Source: Halalkalibacterium halodurans
GTDB lineage: Bacteria > Bacillota > Bacilli > Bacillales > Bacillaceae_D
Length of the DNA stretch: 24,065 nucleotides
Direction of reading: 5' to 3'
NCBI RefSeq assembly: GCF_004376175.1
Contig: NZ_SNUY01000054.1
Coordinates: 1-24,065 of the forward strand
The translations under genes were made by a program, and so were the position numbers. Positions 22,500 through 24,065 of this stretch are shown here, in pieces; position 1 is the first letter of the stretch; each line of letters opens with the position of its first letter. A model generated the notes under the pieces. The model searched no databases and was not told the DNA's origin. It worked only from the letters and a program-made list of their open reading frames with translations.

Positions 22500-24065
22500 G
22501 AGTCAATTTCATAATTTGAACCCTTAGTCTCGCAAGGTTTTCAAGGCACGAAAAAAGGAGTACCTCCCCAAAAGTCGAATGAGTTAAGTGACGAAACAAA
22601 ACTACAGACTGGAGGAAGACTCCCTATGCCTATTATACGACAAGAAAGCCTGTTTGACCTGCATGATTTATATGAGTTAGAGCCTACCCATCGTTTTGAT
22701 GCGGTTTTTTCAGCAATTGATATCAACCCGATTCTTGCGGTCGTGTCAAAAAAAGCCCTATACGGTGCGCCTGTTCAGCTCACCTATTCCGCCATGATCT
22801 ACTCACTCGTCGCTCGAATTCTTGAGCGAATTCCGACAATAAAGGATTTGATTAAACGTCTGAAACACGATTTTATGTTCCGATTGGATTGTGGATTCCT
22901 TCTTTCTGATGCGATTCCATCTGAAGCATCTTATTCAAGAATGCTCTCTAAAATAGCAGAATCACCTGTTCTTGAACAGGTTTAAGAACAGCTCATCCAT
23001 CAAGCGATAGCAGAAGGATTTATCACCGATGACACGATCGCCATTGATGCGACTCACATTGAAGCGAGAGACCAAGCCCCAGCGAAAAAAGAAAAGCCTA
23101 GGTCTGAGCCAAAAAAGCGCGGCCGCAAATCAAAAGAAGAGAAAGAAAAATGGCTTCAAGAACAAGCGGAACAAGAAGCCGTTCGTCCGATTTTCGAGAA
23201 AAAGATTGAAGCCCAACTTGACGCGTCTTTAGTCGAGTTGCGATCCGCTGTCCCCCTTGATCCTAAGTGGGGCATCAAGAAAAACAGTGAAGGAAAAAAC
23301 ATTTTTTGGTTTGGCTACAAAGGCCACTTCGCGGTTGGAGCCAAAAGCCAGTATATCCTTCAGTCGCTCTTTTCCTCGGGAAACCTGAACGATGGAAAAG
23401 CAGCCATCCCTTTATTAAAAGGACTGCAAGAGCGTCTTTTTGAATTAAAAATCGCCTTTAGCACACTCGATGCAGGGTATGATGCCCCTGCGATTTACGA
23501 ACAACTCTATCGAATGAAGACTGGGGCTGTCATTGCTTACAACAAGCGAAATGAACCGAATATAGAAGGATTCGATCACCATTTTGCCCCTACGTGTGTT
23601 CGAGAGCATTCGTATCGGTACGACAGTTACGACGCGAGATACGAGACGTTAAAATACACACGACCGAAAGAATGCAAAGGCTGTCCGTTAGCGCAAGATA
23701 CCCTCTGTCAAAAGGTGTATAAAGTCAAAATCACCACCGATTTGAGACGGTATACATCCCCAGCTCGCGGTTCGAAAGCATGGAAAACCCTTTACAAGCA
23801 ACGAAGTTCAGTCGAGCGAGTCATTGCGTATCTAAAAGAATTCTTCCAATTAAACAATATTCGCTATCGCACAGGAAAACGAGCAAAAGTACAATTTGAT
23901 TTGACGCATTTGATTTATAACGCGGCGAAGCTCGCGTGTGATCGTATAGCCAAGTCCCTTTCTAGCAAGCAGACTAGTCAAGCCGCGTAATTAATTTTTT
24001 AAAAACACTAAAAGCGAAATGGGGGTCGTCTAACAATCGTGAACTAGGCTTTATGAAATTGATTC
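22500..24065 (+). mobile_element. Second IS of the same superfamily (right end at or beyond the window edge)
   Basis: gagtcaatttcataa (22500-22514) matches the reverse complement of 24051-24065 (gaatcaatttcataa) at 14/15 positions. The element encloses a transposase frame homologous to, but divergent from, the one at 4940-6142. Confidence 0.75.
22626..23990 (+). pseudogene. DDE transposase (IS4/IS5 superfamily) interrupted by a single in-frame TAA
   Basis: ORFs 22626-22985 and 23238-23990 are in the same frame (offset 612 = 204 codons). I translated 22986-23237 in that frame without a stop (EQLIHQAIAEGFITDDTIAIDATHIEARDQ...). The only break is TAA at 22983-22985. The DDE/YREK elements are present (LDAGYD, YKQRSSVERVIAYLK). 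Confidence 0.85.

Noticed and set aside
23029-23232. 67-aa lysine/arginine-rich ORF inside the second IS
   Set aside because: It is out of frame with the transposase reading frame, which is continuous through this region. Its basic composition is a by-product of the AAG/GAA-rich coding sequence.
1-24065. Search for CRISPR arrays, tRNA/rRNA genes, a DGR/retron-type reverse transcriptase, and toxin-antitoxin or restriction nuclease partners
   Set aside because: There are no regularly spaced direct repeats with unique spacers and no cloverleaf-like or rRNA-like segments. No RT motifs occur in any long ORF. All ORFs over 100 aa are accounted for by the features listed.

Overview
This is a Firmicutes (Bacillaceae-like) chromosomal window made of four blocks. 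No rRNA, tRNA or CRISPR array was seen, and all statements come from reading the sequence by eye with no database search.

(1) 1-10.7 kb is an AT-rich phage module, about 38% GC versus 45-50% further right (hand counts of a few 60-nt lines). Every gene is on the minus strand: antirepressor, DUF4406-like protein, VirE-type primase/helicase, VRR-NUC, SNF2 helicase, sigma-like activator, HNH endonuclease, ParB-fused N6/N4 DNA methyltransferase and C5 DNA methyltransferase. It looks like a decaying prophage. The SNF2 gene is split by a 1473-bp IS with an AATT target duplication. No integrase or repressor lies at the host junction. The C5 methyltransferase ORF stops right after motif IX. An iteron/AT-rich/Z-prone origin-like region follows the primase gene. 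The HNH gene is bracketed by two terminator-like hairpins and followed by an odd GC-rich structured island (cos candidate).

(2) 10.7-13.5 kb has host-like composition. It holds a secreted 13-repeat LRR protein whose stop codon lies 39 bp from the phage antirepressor start, plus a degraded VOC/catechol-dioxygenase-like remnant.

(3) 13.5-22.3 kb holds a four-gene operon annotated as urea carboxylase type: two DUF1989 proteins, a biotin carboxylase and allophanate hydrolase. It is led by a clear ykkC/guanidine-I riboswitch, so it is most likely a guanidine carboxylase pathway. An APC-family permease is transcribed divergently. The shared intergenic region has two perfect TnrA/GlnR boxes (TGTNAN7TNACA), each 6 bp upstream of a candidate -35. 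This implies nitrogen-limitation control layered on guanidine sensing.

(4) 22.5 kb to the window end is a second, divergent IS of the same superfamily. Its transposase frame is broken by a single TAA.
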